Source: Chiloscyllium plagiosum (Eukaryota). From it: a DNA stretch of 27,893 bases. The position numbers and the translations under genes were made by a program. The DNA is taken from NCBI RefSeq assembly GCF_004010195.1, contig NC_057718.1, positions 24,641,853 to 24,669,745 of the forward strand, given 5' to 3'. This document shows, in pieces, positions 1 to 12,329 of the stretch. Position 1 is the first letter of the stretch. Each line of letters opens with the position of its first letter. The notes under the pieces were generated by a model, which was not told where the DNA came from, did no database searches, and was given only the letters and a program-made list of their open reading frames with translations.

Positions 1-320
1 TCCAACTTGGCACCGCCCTCTTGAACTGTCCTACCTGTGCATCTTCCTTCCCACTTATCCGCTCCACCCTCCCCACTGACCTATCACAATTACCCCCTAC
101 CTGCATCTACCAGCTGGGAAGGCCTTCCTAGCTACCTTCCTCCCACCCTCACCCCTTTATTTATCTCTCATCCCTCTTCCCCCTCCACATTCCTGTTAAA
201 GGGCTTATCCTGGAAACATCGACTCTCCTGATCTTCGGATGCTGCCTGACCTGCTGTGCTCTTCCAGTGCCACACTTTCAAATCTGACCCTCCAGCATCT
301 GCACTCCTCACTTTCTCCTA
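1..320 (+). mobile_element. 3' end of a Penelope-like (or Penelope-derived non-autonomous) repeat with a decayed hammerhead motif
   Basis: C/T-rich tract, then a hammerhead-like core at 188-224 (cattc CTGttaA agggc ttat cctg GAAACaTC gac). It is followed by gatgctgcctgacctgctg...ccagcatctgca, which recurs on the minus strand at ~7450-7590 and ~7925-7995. Confidence 0.65.
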
Positions 321-550
321 ATCGCAAAAGAGGTTGGTGTCAATGAGTGTGTGATTAACATAATTTACCCATCAAACTCTGGCATGATGTATTATGTTAG
401 GTAGTTCATTAGATTCAGGTCTATGGTCAAAAGATAAAAGATTGGTGACTAGATAGATGTTCTAAAATTTCATTATTTCTACTGATACTAAATTCACCTT
501 TTAAACCTGTCACTATACCACATACCACAAAAGGAAAAATAAATCAAACC

Positions 551-1373
551 AGATAAGTAGTAGATGAAGTTTAATCGAGATAAATGCGAGGTGCAACATT
601 TTGCTAGGGCAAATCACGGCAGGGTTTATATACTTAATGGTAAGGTCCTGGGGCGTGTTGCCGAACAAAGAGACCTTGGATTATAGGTTAATTGTTCCTT
701 GAAAATGGAGTTGAAGGTAGATAGGGCAGTGAAGAAGGCATGTAGCATGCTTTCCTTTATTGGTCAGAGTATTGAGTATAGGAGTTGGGACGTCATGTTG
801 GGACTGTACCCAACATGACATGGGTTAGGCCACTTTTGGAATATTGTGTGCAATTCTGGTCTCTTTCCTATTGGAAGGATGTTGTAAAACTTGAAAGGGT
901 TCAGAAAAGATTTACAATGATGTTGCCAGGATTGGTGGATTTGAATTAAAGGGAGAGGCTGAATAGGCTGGGGCTATTTTCCCTGAAACATCAGGCTGAG
1001 GGTTGGTCTTTTAGAAGTTTATAAAATTATGAGGCACATGGTTAGGGTGAATAGTCAAGGTCATTTCCCCAGGGTAGGGGAATCCAAAACTAGAGGGCAT
1101 AGGTTAAAGGTAAGAGGGGAAAGATTTAAAAGGAACTGAAGAGGCAACCTTTTCAAGCAGAGGGTGATGTGTGTATGGATTGAACTGCCAGAGGAAATGG
1201 CAGAGGCTGGTAGAATTAGCATTTAAAAGCACCTGGATAGGTATATGAATAGCATGGGTTCAGAGAGATATGGGCCAAATGCTGGCAAATGGAATTAGAT
1301 TACTTTAAGATATCTGGTCATCATGGATGAGTTGGACTGAAGGGTCTGTTTTCATACTGTACATCTCTATGAC
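551..1373 (+). mobile_element. CR1 LINE, 5'-truncated 3' fragment (ORF2 C-terminus plus 3' UTR)
   Basis: Colinear with ~22465-23325 of the long CR1 in this window; ends in the ctgtacatctctatgact tail. Confidence 0.93.
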
Positions 1374-2019
1374 TGAAAGTGGAGTCTTGAGTCAGAAAAA
1401 CCACAGGAAGGGCAGAGCAAACACACATCAACACTGTAAATGTGTCTTATTCCCTGCTTTCCAGATTAGGACTTTATTCATAAGAGACATTGAGGTGGTG
1501 TGTTGTCCAACTCTGATACTTCAATGAATAAAAACACTTCCTTCTCAGTTGGCTATTTGATTTACTGCAATCAGTCACTCTGTAGTCCTTCTGAATTTTA
1601 AATTCCACACTGTCAAGTGACCATTCTCAAGACTATAAATGAGGGATGTACAGGTGATCCTTCCACCTAATATTGCTGGGATCTAAGTGGTGGTCAGCAC
1701 ATTGTGGAATCTATTTCCTACATTTGTATGCTGTCATAATATGCTATATTCCACCTCGGGAAAAAATATTCTGATCATTCAGATTGATTGATACTTGCAG
1801 AAACACATTGCCACATTAACTAATTTCCAGACTATGGTAAATTTGTATTTAGGGGAAACTTAAACAAACAGTGTTTGTCACATGGGATGCCCACTCTCTT
1901 CCCATTGGAACACACCCATATCCCAAATAGAGATATCTCAGCTGCAGAATAGCAGAACTAAGGCCTCACGATATCCAATTGTTCTCAGGAGCACTGTGTT
2001 GATGATATGAAAGAGCTAA

Positions 2020-3652
2020 TGGTGACTGACCCTCAATTTGAGGATGATGTCTACTTAGAGGTCACAAGTTTCTGTCATGAATCTTCATGGGAATCAACTG
2101 GCCAAATCTTGACCTACAGACCCTTAGCTCATGAGGTCCAACTTCCCAGGAGGTAGTGGAACCCTTGTTTCCTATACTTCCTTCTCTGCCACTGTTTTCA
2201 CTCATCATTAAGCCATTTTGAATCAAAACGCTGCTTGGTGGACACATTGTTGCTATTTTGAATGATTGGTAACAAACCCCTTCCACTCATTAATATCAAT
2301 GTTTCTAGCTTCAAGGAAAACTTCAGAGTGTTGTTGGAACATTTTCTTTGCTCTCACCTGAAATCTGAGCCATTTGAGAGTTGATAAAACAGGGTCTGGA
2401 AGGGGAGACACTTTCTGGCCATGCAGATGCAGTGTCTGATCCATCAAAGTTGTATTTTCAGGACTTTTACCTGGATGCATGTGGAGCTGGCCTCTGGGGT
2501 GCGATTAGTGTTTGTTTGATTGTCTTTCAACTGAATACAGAGGATACAGAGGAAATAGTGCTGGTGCAATTTCCTTAGTACTCGTATGTATTGCTGGCAC
2601 ACAGTCCAATTTCAGTGCAGTACTGGAGTATGGTGATGAAAGTGCTCTGTACTCTCGGACTCTGTTGTCTTCAGAGGTCTTTGTGGTCAAACATTTGCTG
2701 CCATAATCTATCAAAGGCAGAGTTTGGACAGTGGGACCAGTGTTAGATCTCCTTGTTAATGGTGACCTTTTGAGATAGGTGGTTTCCAAGGTAAGGGAAA
2801 TGCTCAACATATTTAAGAGTCTCTCTTCAACACAGATGGGACGAGGAACATCTTATTGACCAGGTGTGGGTTGATTTGAATTTTAACAGCATGGAAGTTC
2901 CTTCCATGCAAAACTGAAGAGAACAAGAGTGGTCTGCAAATCGACTGCAGTGTGAACAATGACGCTGCAATCATCCACAAGTTGCAGAAAATGTATGTCC
3001 ATAGCAGTCAATTTAACTTTAACGTAGAGGTGACTGAAGTTATCTAGATGGTTAACACTGATCTCTGAGGTGAATAACCATGTCAGTTGCATTCTAAATA
3101 AGTGCAAGTCTCCATAGTCACTGAGGAGAGACAACTAGTGGTGAGAGTCACCATACCTCCGATGAGGTTAAGAAGGAAAGAACTCCAATGATGGCCTCAA
3201 CAAGTAATTAAAACTGTGCTGTTTGTGTCATTCTGCATCGCAAATCAGCTTTCCAGCCAACTGAGCTTACAGAGGTATTACTGGCCTGCTTGACCCCAGA
3301 CCAGATTTTGAAGGTGTGTTTGAGATCTTCCATAGTTGCACTCATATTACCATGAAGAAATTATATCAAATGCTATGGAGTATAGTGCTCAAAATTTGTT
3401 TAGGTCAAGTCAATGAATGCAATAAAGAATGCTTGGGGTGTTCTTTTCCCTCACAAATGTATTGGATGATTACATCAAGTCTTCATGCGAGTGCAAACCC
3501 ACCAGATTTGAAGAATTCAGCTGGAATACCATCAGTGTTACATCTTATTTGGTTGTTACTCATTTGCTTACTTGTTGCAAATCTCTTTTCTGTAGTAAGC
3601 TCAGATCTATACTCTGTTGAGTAAATATTAACTTGAACAAATTCTACACAAG
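2020..3652 (-). mobile_element. Old, heavily decayed RTE-clade LINE (RT region to 3' end)
   Basis: Minus-strand remnants: DGIPAEFFK (~3500-3535); LQLVDDCSVIVHT (YADD-like, ~2955-2995); VEHFPYLGNHLSQK (~2770-2810); C-terminal CRSRFGQLIPMKIH (~2080-2120). It may continue 5' beyond the Penelope insert, towards ~5200, but I cannot confirm that. Confidence 0.75.
3104..3270 (-). mobile_element. tRNA-derived SINE inserted into the RTE LINE
   Basis: The minus strand starts gtaagctcagttggctgg (A-box-like tRNA head) and ends gactatggagacttgcactt. It interrupts the RTE RT remnants. Family recognised from memory of shark repeats. Confidence 0.55.
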
Positions 3653-3656
3653 AGAG

Positions 3657-4075
3657 ACCCAAAGGACTAGCCACACTACCATACATCAGGAGCATTTCAG
3701 AACTGACAGCCAGACTACTGCGACCACTAGGACTTATAACAGCACACAAACCAACAGCCACCCTCAGACAACAACTCACCAGAATGAAGGACCCGATACC
3801 CAGCATGAGCAAAACTAATGTAGTGTACAAAATCCCATGCAAGGACTGCACAAAACCCTATATAGGACAAACAGGAAATCAGCTAATGATCCGCATCCAT
3901 GAACATCAACTGAAACTGACAACCGGGAGCGGCAGGGACAGGCCACTATAAATGCTGGAGGAAACACCACAGAAGCGCTTCACAGGAGGCTCCCAAGCAC
4001 TGAGGATGTCACCTAGACAGGGGACGAAACGTTTGCAACAAACATTTCCAGCTCGGCGAACAGAACCACAACAAC
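3657..4075 (+). mobile_element. Penelope-like retroelement, truncated 3' fragment (GIY-YIG N-terminal half plus terminal region with hammerhead)
   Basis: Encodes ..KTNVVYKIPCKDCTKPYIGQTG.. and is highly similar to the reverse complement of ~26712-27312. It carries an internal ~208-bp deletion at ~3911 and is flanked by the direct repeat agagacc (3653-3659, 4076-4082). Confidence 0.93.
3997..4036 (+). ncRNA. Minimal type I hammerhead ribozyme motif (Penelope type), core intact
   Basis: gca-CTGAGGA-t-gtcacc-tagaca-ggggac-GAAAC-GTT-tgc: stem I gca/tgc, CUGANGA box, stem II (5 of 6 pairs), GAAAC box, palindromic ACGT in place of stem III, and a GUU cleavage triplet. Penelope-like elements are known to carry such minimal hammerheads. 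Confidence 0.8.
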
Positions 4076-5249
4076 AGAGACCATTTCTCATACCATATAG
4101 ATTTGGATCCCAGTTCTATGTGTTTTGTTGTCACCATGACATAACTCCTTACAGATATGCTGTGTTGCTATTCTTAGAGTAAAAAAATGTAACTATTTAC
4201 TCTACATCTCCCCAGGTTCTTTCCCTGTACCATTTTAACCATTAACATTTAAACATTAAGATTTAACTCACTACGAAAGAAAGAAACCCCACCTCCGGCC
4301 CACCATTAATACTACTCTAAGTCTTTTACCTCACACATTAAAACCTGGTACCCTTCTGAAGAACAGCAGTGAGGGCCGATCAAGAAACAAAACTGAATAT
4401 AGTGGCAAATCTCCAATACTTGAATTAGCACAGCTCCTGGAAGTGAAAATTCTCCCCATCATGTCCATCTGTGTTGTGCTGCAATTTAAAGGTTGATGAA
4501 AAGAAGAAAGAAGAGCATTCAAAGTACGATTCTGGGGATGACAGAACAATAGCTTCCCTGTTTCTCCTCAGGTTGGAATTTCCTTCTTTGAAGACAGTTG
4601 TATCAGGTCCGTGCTTGTATCAGCATAGGGCTGCTTATCTGCAGAAAAGAACATCTCAGAAATTCATTCAGCAAGTAGGAGTGCACCATCAACTACTTTG
4701 AAATAAACTTCTGGATCAGAATCTGTAGAGGGTTCCTGGATTATATCCTGGCCTGCAGACTGGACACAAGATTGGACAACAAGGGGGACTTTCAGAACAC
4801 TGTAAAGTAGTTGCCTGCTTGTTCGAATGCCAGCCAAAGTGTAGAACTGCCAGACATGGATAGTTTAAGGTCTGTTTTGTTTGTTCACATTGATTTCTAA
4901 TCTATTCACCGAAGGGTCATAAGCATTCAGGAGTTCATCTCTCTCATTGACAGATGCTTGTATCCCCAAGATTGATATTTCCAAATCTGAATGGAAATCT
5001 CTGTTCTCTCTTTCAATTACGACTGTAAGACCCATCATTCATTGGTTATAGCAGAATGCCATCCTCAACTAATAATTTGCAGTGATCTTCCAGCTCTGAA
5101 TATTCCATTGAAAGAGAGACTTTCTTTCCACCATCTCTTTCTTCAGTCAGTCTCTACATAGAACTTGTGGAAATTCTTTGCTCTCTCAGTCTTTGAAGAT
5201 TAATAGTTATCTGCCACAGTTAATAATTATCCATGTGCAGGCTCTGGAC

Positions 5250-7018
5250 AAGGGATTTCCAAGGCTCCAATAATATCCCCATCTTCAATGATACAAGAGC
5301 CCAGCACATCAGTGAAAAAGATAAGGCTGAAGCTTTTGCAGCAACCTTCAGCCAGAAGTGCCGAATGGATAATCCATCTAGGCCTCCTCCAGTGGTGCCC
5401 AGCATCTCAATTACCAGTCTTCAGCCAATTTGACTCACTGCATGTGATATCAAGGAATGGTTGGAGGAGATACTGGATACTGCCAAGGCTATGGGTCCTG
5501 ACAACATTCATGCAATCATACTAAAGATTTGTGCTCCAGAACTTGCCACTCCCCTAGCCAAGAGGTTCCAATATAGTTACAACACTGGTGTGCACCTAAC
5601 AATGTGGAAAATTGCCCAAGTATGTCCTGTACATAAAAAGCAGGACAAAGCAAACCTGACCAATTACTGCCCTATCAATCTACTCTCGATCATCAGTAAA
5701 TTGATGGAAGGTGTCATTAACAATGCTACCAAGCAGCACCTGCTCAGCAAGAACCTGCTCAGTGATGCCCAGTTTGGGTTCCACCAGGGTCACTCAGCTC
5801 ATGATCTCATTACAGCCTTGGTTCAAACATGGACAAAAGAGCTGAATTCCAGAGGTGAAGTGAGAGTGACAGCCCTTGACATCAAGGCTGCATTCGACCA
5901 AGTGCGACATCAAGGAGCCCTAACAAAACTGGAATCAATGGGTATCAGGGGGTTAGAGTCTGGGGCTCACTGGTGGCTAGAGTCATACCTGACACACAGG
6001 AAGATGGTCATAGTTCTTGGAAATCAATCATCTCAGCTCCAGGACATCTCTACAGGAGTTCCTCAGGATAGCGTCCTGGACCCAATCACCCAGCTGCTTC
6101 ATCAATGACCTTCCCTCCATCATAAGGTCAAAAGTGTTTGCCGATGATTGCAAAATATTCAGCACCATTCATGACTCCTCAGATATTGAAGCAGTCCATG
6201 TTCAAATGCAACAAGATTTGGACAATATCCAGGCTTGGGCTGACAAGTGGAAGTAACATTCACACCACACAAATACCAGATTATGACCATCACCAATAAA
6301 AGACAGTCTAACCAGTGACCTTGGCATTCAATGGTGTTGCCATCACTGAATCCCCCACTACCAAATCCTGGGGATTAGCATTGACCAGAAACTCAACTTG
6401 ACTCACCACACAAACACAGTGGCTACAAAAGCAGATCAGAGGCTAGGAATATTGTGATGAATAACTCATGTCCTGACTCCCCAAAATCTGTCCACCATAT
6501 ACAAGGTACAAGTCAGGTGTGTGATAGAATACTCTCCACTTGCTTGGATGAGGGCAGCTCCAACAACACCCAAGAAGCTTGATGCATCATCCAGGATAAA
6601 GCAGCCTGCTTGATTGCCACCACATCCACAAGCATCCACTCCCTCCATTACTGATGCTCAGTAGCAGCAATATGTACTATCTACAAGATGCAGTGCAGAA
6701 ATTCACCAAAAGTCCTCAGCCAGCACCTTCCAAACCCACAGCTACTTCCATCTAGAAGGACAAGGGCAGCAGCTATATGGGAATACCACCACTTTCTAGT
6801 TCCCTTCCAAGCCACTCACCATCCTGACTTGGAAATATATCACTGTTCCTTCACTGTTGCTGGATCAAAGTCATGGAATTCCTTTCGTAATGGCATTGTG
6901 GGTCAACCCACAATAACTGGACGGTAGCAGCTCACCATCACCTTCTCAAGGGCAACTAGGGACAGGCAATAAATGCTGGGCAGCCAGCAACACCCACTTC
7001 CAACAAATGAATTAAAAA
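5250..7018 (+). mobile_element. CR1/L2-group LINE of a second family, 5'-truncated (RT domain plus 3' UTR), pseudogenised
   Basis: ORF 5461-6108 contains KAMGPDNI, NYCPINLLSIISKLME, QFGF, LDIKAAFDQV and GVPQDSVL; the next frame has FADDCKI. Frameshifts and stops are present. The tail reads gggcaactagggacaggcaataaatgctgg...aaatgaattaaaaa. Confidence 0.92.
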
Positions 7019-7447
7019 TTAAGTTCACACCCTTGGCCTGTCACCAAGTCTCCATCACTACATCATTTGGAATGAACCTTCAGAGACTTTGTTTAACATG
7101 GAGATCTTAGGCCTCTGTCATTGTTGATATTGACAGACAGTGATCAGATTACCAAAGTCAAACTATGATGAATAGGATCACTTTGCTGCTGCAGGCTTCT
7201 CTGTCTATGCAGCAAGTGACACATACAGTGTTACTTCCCTTTATCTGCCACTGAGGATCTTTTTAACTATTTTGTGTGGGATCTTGACGCAAACCTGCCT
7301 GGCCTAGCCCTACCAGGAGCATTGCTAATAGCATTGTTCAAGGGATTATTGGAGTGTTCAAGCCTGTCCACTGTGTCAGGGTGAGGCTCAATGGAGGGAA
7401 TATGGTCTCTGGTGCTTCTGTGCCCAAAATTAACTACTCTAATTGTG

Positions 7448-7589
7448 TAAAAACTGAAAGAACTGTGGATGCTGTAAATCAGAAACATAAAGAGAAACTG
7501 CAAAAAAAAAAGCTCAGCAAGTCTGGCAGCATCTGTGAAAAGAAATCAGAGTTAATGCTTTGAGTCGAGAGAGTCTTCCTCAAAACTCT
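7448..7589 (-). mobile_element. Short Penelope-derived repeat with a decayed hammerhead (7548-7589)
   Basis: The minus strand reads agagtt-tTGAGGA-agactctctcgactc-aAAgCaTT-aactct (perfect 6-bp stem I, mutated core), followed by cagatgctgccagacttgctgagc, as in the element at 1-320. Confidence 0.65.
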
Positions 7590-7923
7590 TAATCATGTTC
7601 TTTGCTAATGTTTGAAATATTTCTCTGCTGAACCATGCTTTATTTCTACTAATTTTCCTTATGGTAATGCAAAGATTATATTTTCTGTTGATTTAGTTCA
7701 ATACCATTGTCTACATTATTGTGTAAATGAATTGCAATTTGACGAATTGCTTAATTTGCAAACTGCATCTCACTTATCATCAGTGTACTGCTGCTCAGTT
7801 TTTTTTGTCAATAAGGCTCATTATCCATCAACACACAATAAAACTTGTCAACAGCAGATGTATGAGTAAGGAATTTTCCATGACGGAGGTCATCAGATTC
7901 CATTGACTGCTTAGCAGTGATTG

Positions 7924-7996
7924 AAAAGCAAAATACTGTGGATGTTGGACATCTGAAATAAACACAGATTGCTGGAGAAACTCTGGCAGGTCTGAT
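7924..7996 (-). mobile_element. Fragment of the same Penelope-derived short repeat group
   Basis: aaatactgtggatgttggacatctgaaataaacacagattgctggagaaactctggcaggtctg resembles 7451-7530; the hammerhead part is absent. Confidence 0.5.
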
Positions 7997-8110
7997 AAAA
8001 TTCTGAGTGCGGTATGAATTCTTGAGAACTACTATGATGAAATGTTATCAGAGATGGGTCTTTGGCATCCTATTCAGTGTTTGTTTGTATGCCAAGCTAG
8101 AAGTCAGTTG

Positions 8111-9240
8111 TCATAAAATCATAAGACACAGGACCAGAAGTAGGTCATTCAGCCCATCAAGCCTGCTCCACCATTCAATGAGGTCATAGCCCATCCAATA
8201 ATCCTCAACTCCACTTTCCTGCCTTTTTCCCATAATGGTTGATTTCCTTACTGATTACAAGTCTGTTTGTCTCAGCTTTGAATATACTTAATAACCCAAC
8301 CTCAGCGACACCCTGTTCTAAAGAATTTCACAGATTCATAACTCTCCGAGAGAAGAAATTCCTGCTCATCTCTGTCTTAAAAGTGTAACCCATCATTCTG
8401 AGATATTCCCTCTGGCCCTAGAGTGACCAATAAGGAGAACAAGCTCTCTGCATCGACCCTGTCAAGTCTTCTAAACATCTTGTATGTTTCAGCACAGTTG
8501 CCTTTCATTCTTCTGTATTCAAATCTACATAACCTCTCCTCATAAGACAGTCACTCCGTATTTGATACCAGTCTAGTGAACTTTCTAGAAACTGCCTCCA
8601 ATGCCAAAATGTTTTTCCTTAGTTAAGGGGCCCAAAATTATTCACAGTACTTGAGCTGTGGTCTGACTAGTGTCTTGCATACTTTTATCAAAACTTTCCT
8701 ATTTTTGTATTAATTTTCCTTTGAAATAAAAGTCAACATTCCATTTGCTTTCTGTATTATCTGCTATACTGGATCTGAGCTTTTCGTGATTCATGAACGA
8801 GGTGTCTTAAATCACTCTGTTCTGCTGCTTTCTACAGTCTTTCTCCATTTAATTAACATTCAGCTCATGTATTCTTCCCGTCAAAGTGCATAATCTCGCA
8901 TTTCCTCACATTATATTCCATCTGCCAAGCTTTTTCCCCATTCACTTAACCTGTGTACATCTCACTGTAGGCTCTTTGTGTAATCCTCGCCAATTACCCT
9001 CCCATCTATTTTTACGCTGAGCACAAACTTAGCTTTGGTACATTTGCTGTCATTGTCTAAGTCATTAATATATTTATGTTAAATAATTGTGATCCCAGCA
9101 CCGATCCCTCTGGCACTCCACTAGCTACACATTGCCATCCTGAAAATGACTGCCTTATCCCAACTCTGTCTTCTATTGGTTAATCAATCTCTGTACGTGT
9201 GAATTTATTATCTCCAACACCTTGGGATCTTATCTTATTT
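8111..9240 (-). mobile_element. CR1 LINE 3' fragment (older subfamily)
   Basis: Reverse-complemented CR1 3' end (cataaaatcataagac..gtaggtcattcagcccatcaagcctgctccaccattcaat). An RT remnant cccagcaccgatccctctggcactccacta at ~9094-9123 reads SGVPEGSVLG on the minus strand. Confidence 0.88.
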
Positions 9241-9625
9241 CTCTTATTCATCCTCAGAGTCACTGCTGAACTCATCATCAGAGGAAGCAACATAACATTC
9301 TATGTCCTCATTTGTAAGGGTTTCTCACCTTTACCATGTCAGATTTATGTGGCTGACAACACTTGACCATAATTAAGGAACACACTCTGGGGTATACTGG
9401 ATAGTGCCAACAGAGTGGCTGAGGCAGCAGAGTCACATTATGTGTAGACCAACCGTTCTCACAATCATCACTGTAACAGAAGCAAATACTGCATTGTCAC
9501 TCAATAATCCCTGAGACCCTTGATGTCTAATGATTGTCATGGGCAGTCTCTTCAACAGGTATCCCATGTCAAATATCAACCAGCCTTTCAATTATGCAGG
9601 GAGTTCAAAGAACCTTGGTACTTGG

Positions 9626-9815
9626 TGTAACAAGGGCAGCCAGATGGACCTCTTTGAATATGAGTTCCCTGATTGGGGCTGTTGATCTCGTCCAATCAAG
9701 GAGTCCTGGCAGACAGACAAGCACAGGAAAGTCAGATGTCCTGTTCACTCTGAGAGCAGGATCAGTGTCAAGGACTCTCCACATGTAAACAAAGGGTGAC
9801 TATGGAGCTATTTCC
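9626..9815 (+). mobile_element. Solo LTR, degraded copy of the family at 26182-26417
   Basis: Starts TGTAA and is colinear with the reverse complement of 26182-26417 (gaatatgagttccctgattggggctgttga...ggatcagtgtca), with two internal deletions. It ends gagctatttcc versus gagttatttCA. Flanks cttgg/cctga match 3 of 5. Confidence 0.75.
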
Positions 9816-11383
9816 CCTGAGAATGCATAAGGATGTATACATCATGACTATTTACAGGGTGCTGTGCAATCATTTGTAGGATGTGTTGATAGTCATTACA
9901 GTATTCAAGCTGAGAGAATAGAAAGCTGCCTTATTGCTGAAAATCTCTATATGTTTTCTGGATGTCCTAATGCCACGTGTATACAATTGACAGCCATTTG
10001 TACCTTGGAGAAACCTTCCATCACCACAAAACTGGTCACTCTCTCAGCCTAGGTCTTGTGATCAGCGATGGAATAGATGTGGGTTTTCAGTCTCTTGCAC
10101 ACCCATTGTAGCTTTAATACACAGCCCATTGCTACACAATTCACCTGTAACTGCCTTGAAGGATCTGGATGCACAGAAGCTCAGATGCACTATTACCAGC
10201 ACTAGATAGGTTTATGGTATTGAGTTCTTCTTCAATAATTAATAATTTTGATTTGATTAAGCAAGAGAGGAATTAAATTGTACTTTACTTAAGTGGGGTT
10301 AGCTGTTAAAAGTTTTTGTCAGCATGTAGGCCATATGGCCCAGTTCAAAACTAAGGTTTATGATTTTGATGCTGTTTATAGATCAGGCTAATGTAAACTT
10401 AGACTACCACATGTTAAAGTGGTTTGAGGTTAAAAAGAAAGGCCTTTACTCAAAGACCCAGTTATGTTTTAAAATGGTTTAGTTTTGTAAAAAATTATGT
10501 AATGGTCTCATTGTTGCATGTGTACAATATGGGTTTGAAAATAGGTTTCGTGAGTTTTTCAGTCTTGATGTTGTTTTGACCTTCTTAGATCTATCCTTTG
10601 GGATATTTGGAATGATAGTTATTCACGGGAAATGACACTAAATACTCCAAGCAGACACATATATTGCTCATTGATGCCACCATAACTTGTTAGAGGTCTA
10701 TGGAGTTGGTAAGCTAAGAGGAACAAGCTGTCATAGAAAGGATGATCTTATAAAATGCTTGCCATGTTAAAGAATGAATATGGAGATAATATGTAATGAT
10801 ATCACTAAGATGGCCAATCAGGAAATGGTGCTGTTTAGCCAATGAATTGTGCACAAAGTCCATGTACTATTCAAACCAATTTGAGTTCAGGATGCCTTTG
10901 ATCATGGACAGGGCAGTGGCTAGTAAGGGTCCATAAGCCTGCGGTTTAGTGATTTGATTCACAACAAGAAGTATTGAAGACATTCAGAGAACTACAGTCA
11001 GCAGAACACAACAGGAGACCTGTGCACAGCCAACCAGTTTTGAGTTTGACATCCCGAAGTGTATGGACTCAAGATCATTTTTATTAAGTATTCCTAGTTC
11101 ATTAGCACTTTCTATGGAAAATTTAATAAATTTTGTAAAACTTGTGGCAGTATACTTTTACCTGGAATGGTTCTTCTAACTAAATAGGACTAGTAATCTT
11201 TCAAATTGGCTCCGTAAAACTGAGTCTACAATTACACTCAATGTGTGTCTTACAACTAAAGCTAAGTTTACCTAAAATCAAATGGCCACTCCGGTGGTTT
11301 GAACAGATCCCTTACCAATCAAAAGACATATGAATGCTAGTACCTGCCTAAATGGATAGAGGTTACTGAGATACTAACATTTG

Positions 11384-12329
11384 GAGTCATAGAGAAGTAC
11401 AGCATGGAAACAAACCCTTCGGTCCAACTCTTCCATGCCAATTAGACATCCTAAATTAATCTAGTCCTATGTGTGCACTTGGCCCATATCTCTCTAATCC
11501 CTTCTCATTCATGTACTCATCCAGATGCCTTTTAAATGTTGTAATTGTATCAGCCTCCACTACTTCCTCTGGCACCCTCTGTGTGAAAACGTTGTCCCTT
11601 AGGTCCCTTTTGAATCTTTCCCCTCTTACCCTAAACCTATGCCCTCTAGTTCTGGACTCCCCCAACCCAGGGAAAAAACAACCTTGTCTACTTACCCTAT
11701 CCATGCTCCTTATGATTTCATAAAGCTCTATAAGATCTTCCCTCAGCATTCAACGCTCCAGGAAAAACAGCCCCAGTCTATTCAGCCTCACTCTATAATA
11801 CAAACCTTCCAACCTGGCAACATTCTTGTAAATCTTTTCTGAACCCTTTCAAGTTTCACAACATTCTTTATATAAGACGGAGACTAGAATTGCACACAAT
11901 ATTCCAAAACCAATGTCCTGTACAGTCGCAATATGATCTCCCAAATCCCATACTCAATGCTCTGATGAATAAAGGAAGGCATACTTAATACCTTCTTCAC
12001 TATCCTACATACCTGAGACTCCATTTTCAAGAACAATGAATCTGCACTCCAAGGTTTCCTTGTTCAGCAACACTCTCCAGGATCTTACTATTAAGGGCGT
12101 AAGTCCTGCCCTGACTTGCCTTTTCAAAATGCAGCACCTCACATTTATTTAAATTAAGCTCCATTTCCCATTCCTTGGCCCATTGGCCCATCTGATCAAG
12201 ATCCCATTGTCCTCTGCGGTAACCCTCTCCGCTGTCCACTACACCACCAATTCCGTGTCATCTACAAACTTATTAACTATACCATCTAATGTTTACATCC
12301 AAATCGTTTATATAAAAGACAAAAAGCAG
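11384..12329 (-). mobile_element. CR1 LINE 3' fragment, same family as 551-1373 and 19700-23331
   Basis: ORFs 11456-11749 (..SRTRGHRFRVRGERFKRDLRDNVFTQRV..) and 12027-12239 (..WAKEWEMELNLNKCEVLHF..); reverse complement of ~22312-23324. Confidence 0.93.

Noticed and set aside
4083..5200. 5' (endonuclease) continuation of the RTE LINE
   Set aside because: Plausible from position, but too decayed to read convincing motifs.
5461..6256. 215-aa RT-like ORF
   Set aside because: 5'-truncated LINE with a frameshift and degenerate motifs; not a host gene.
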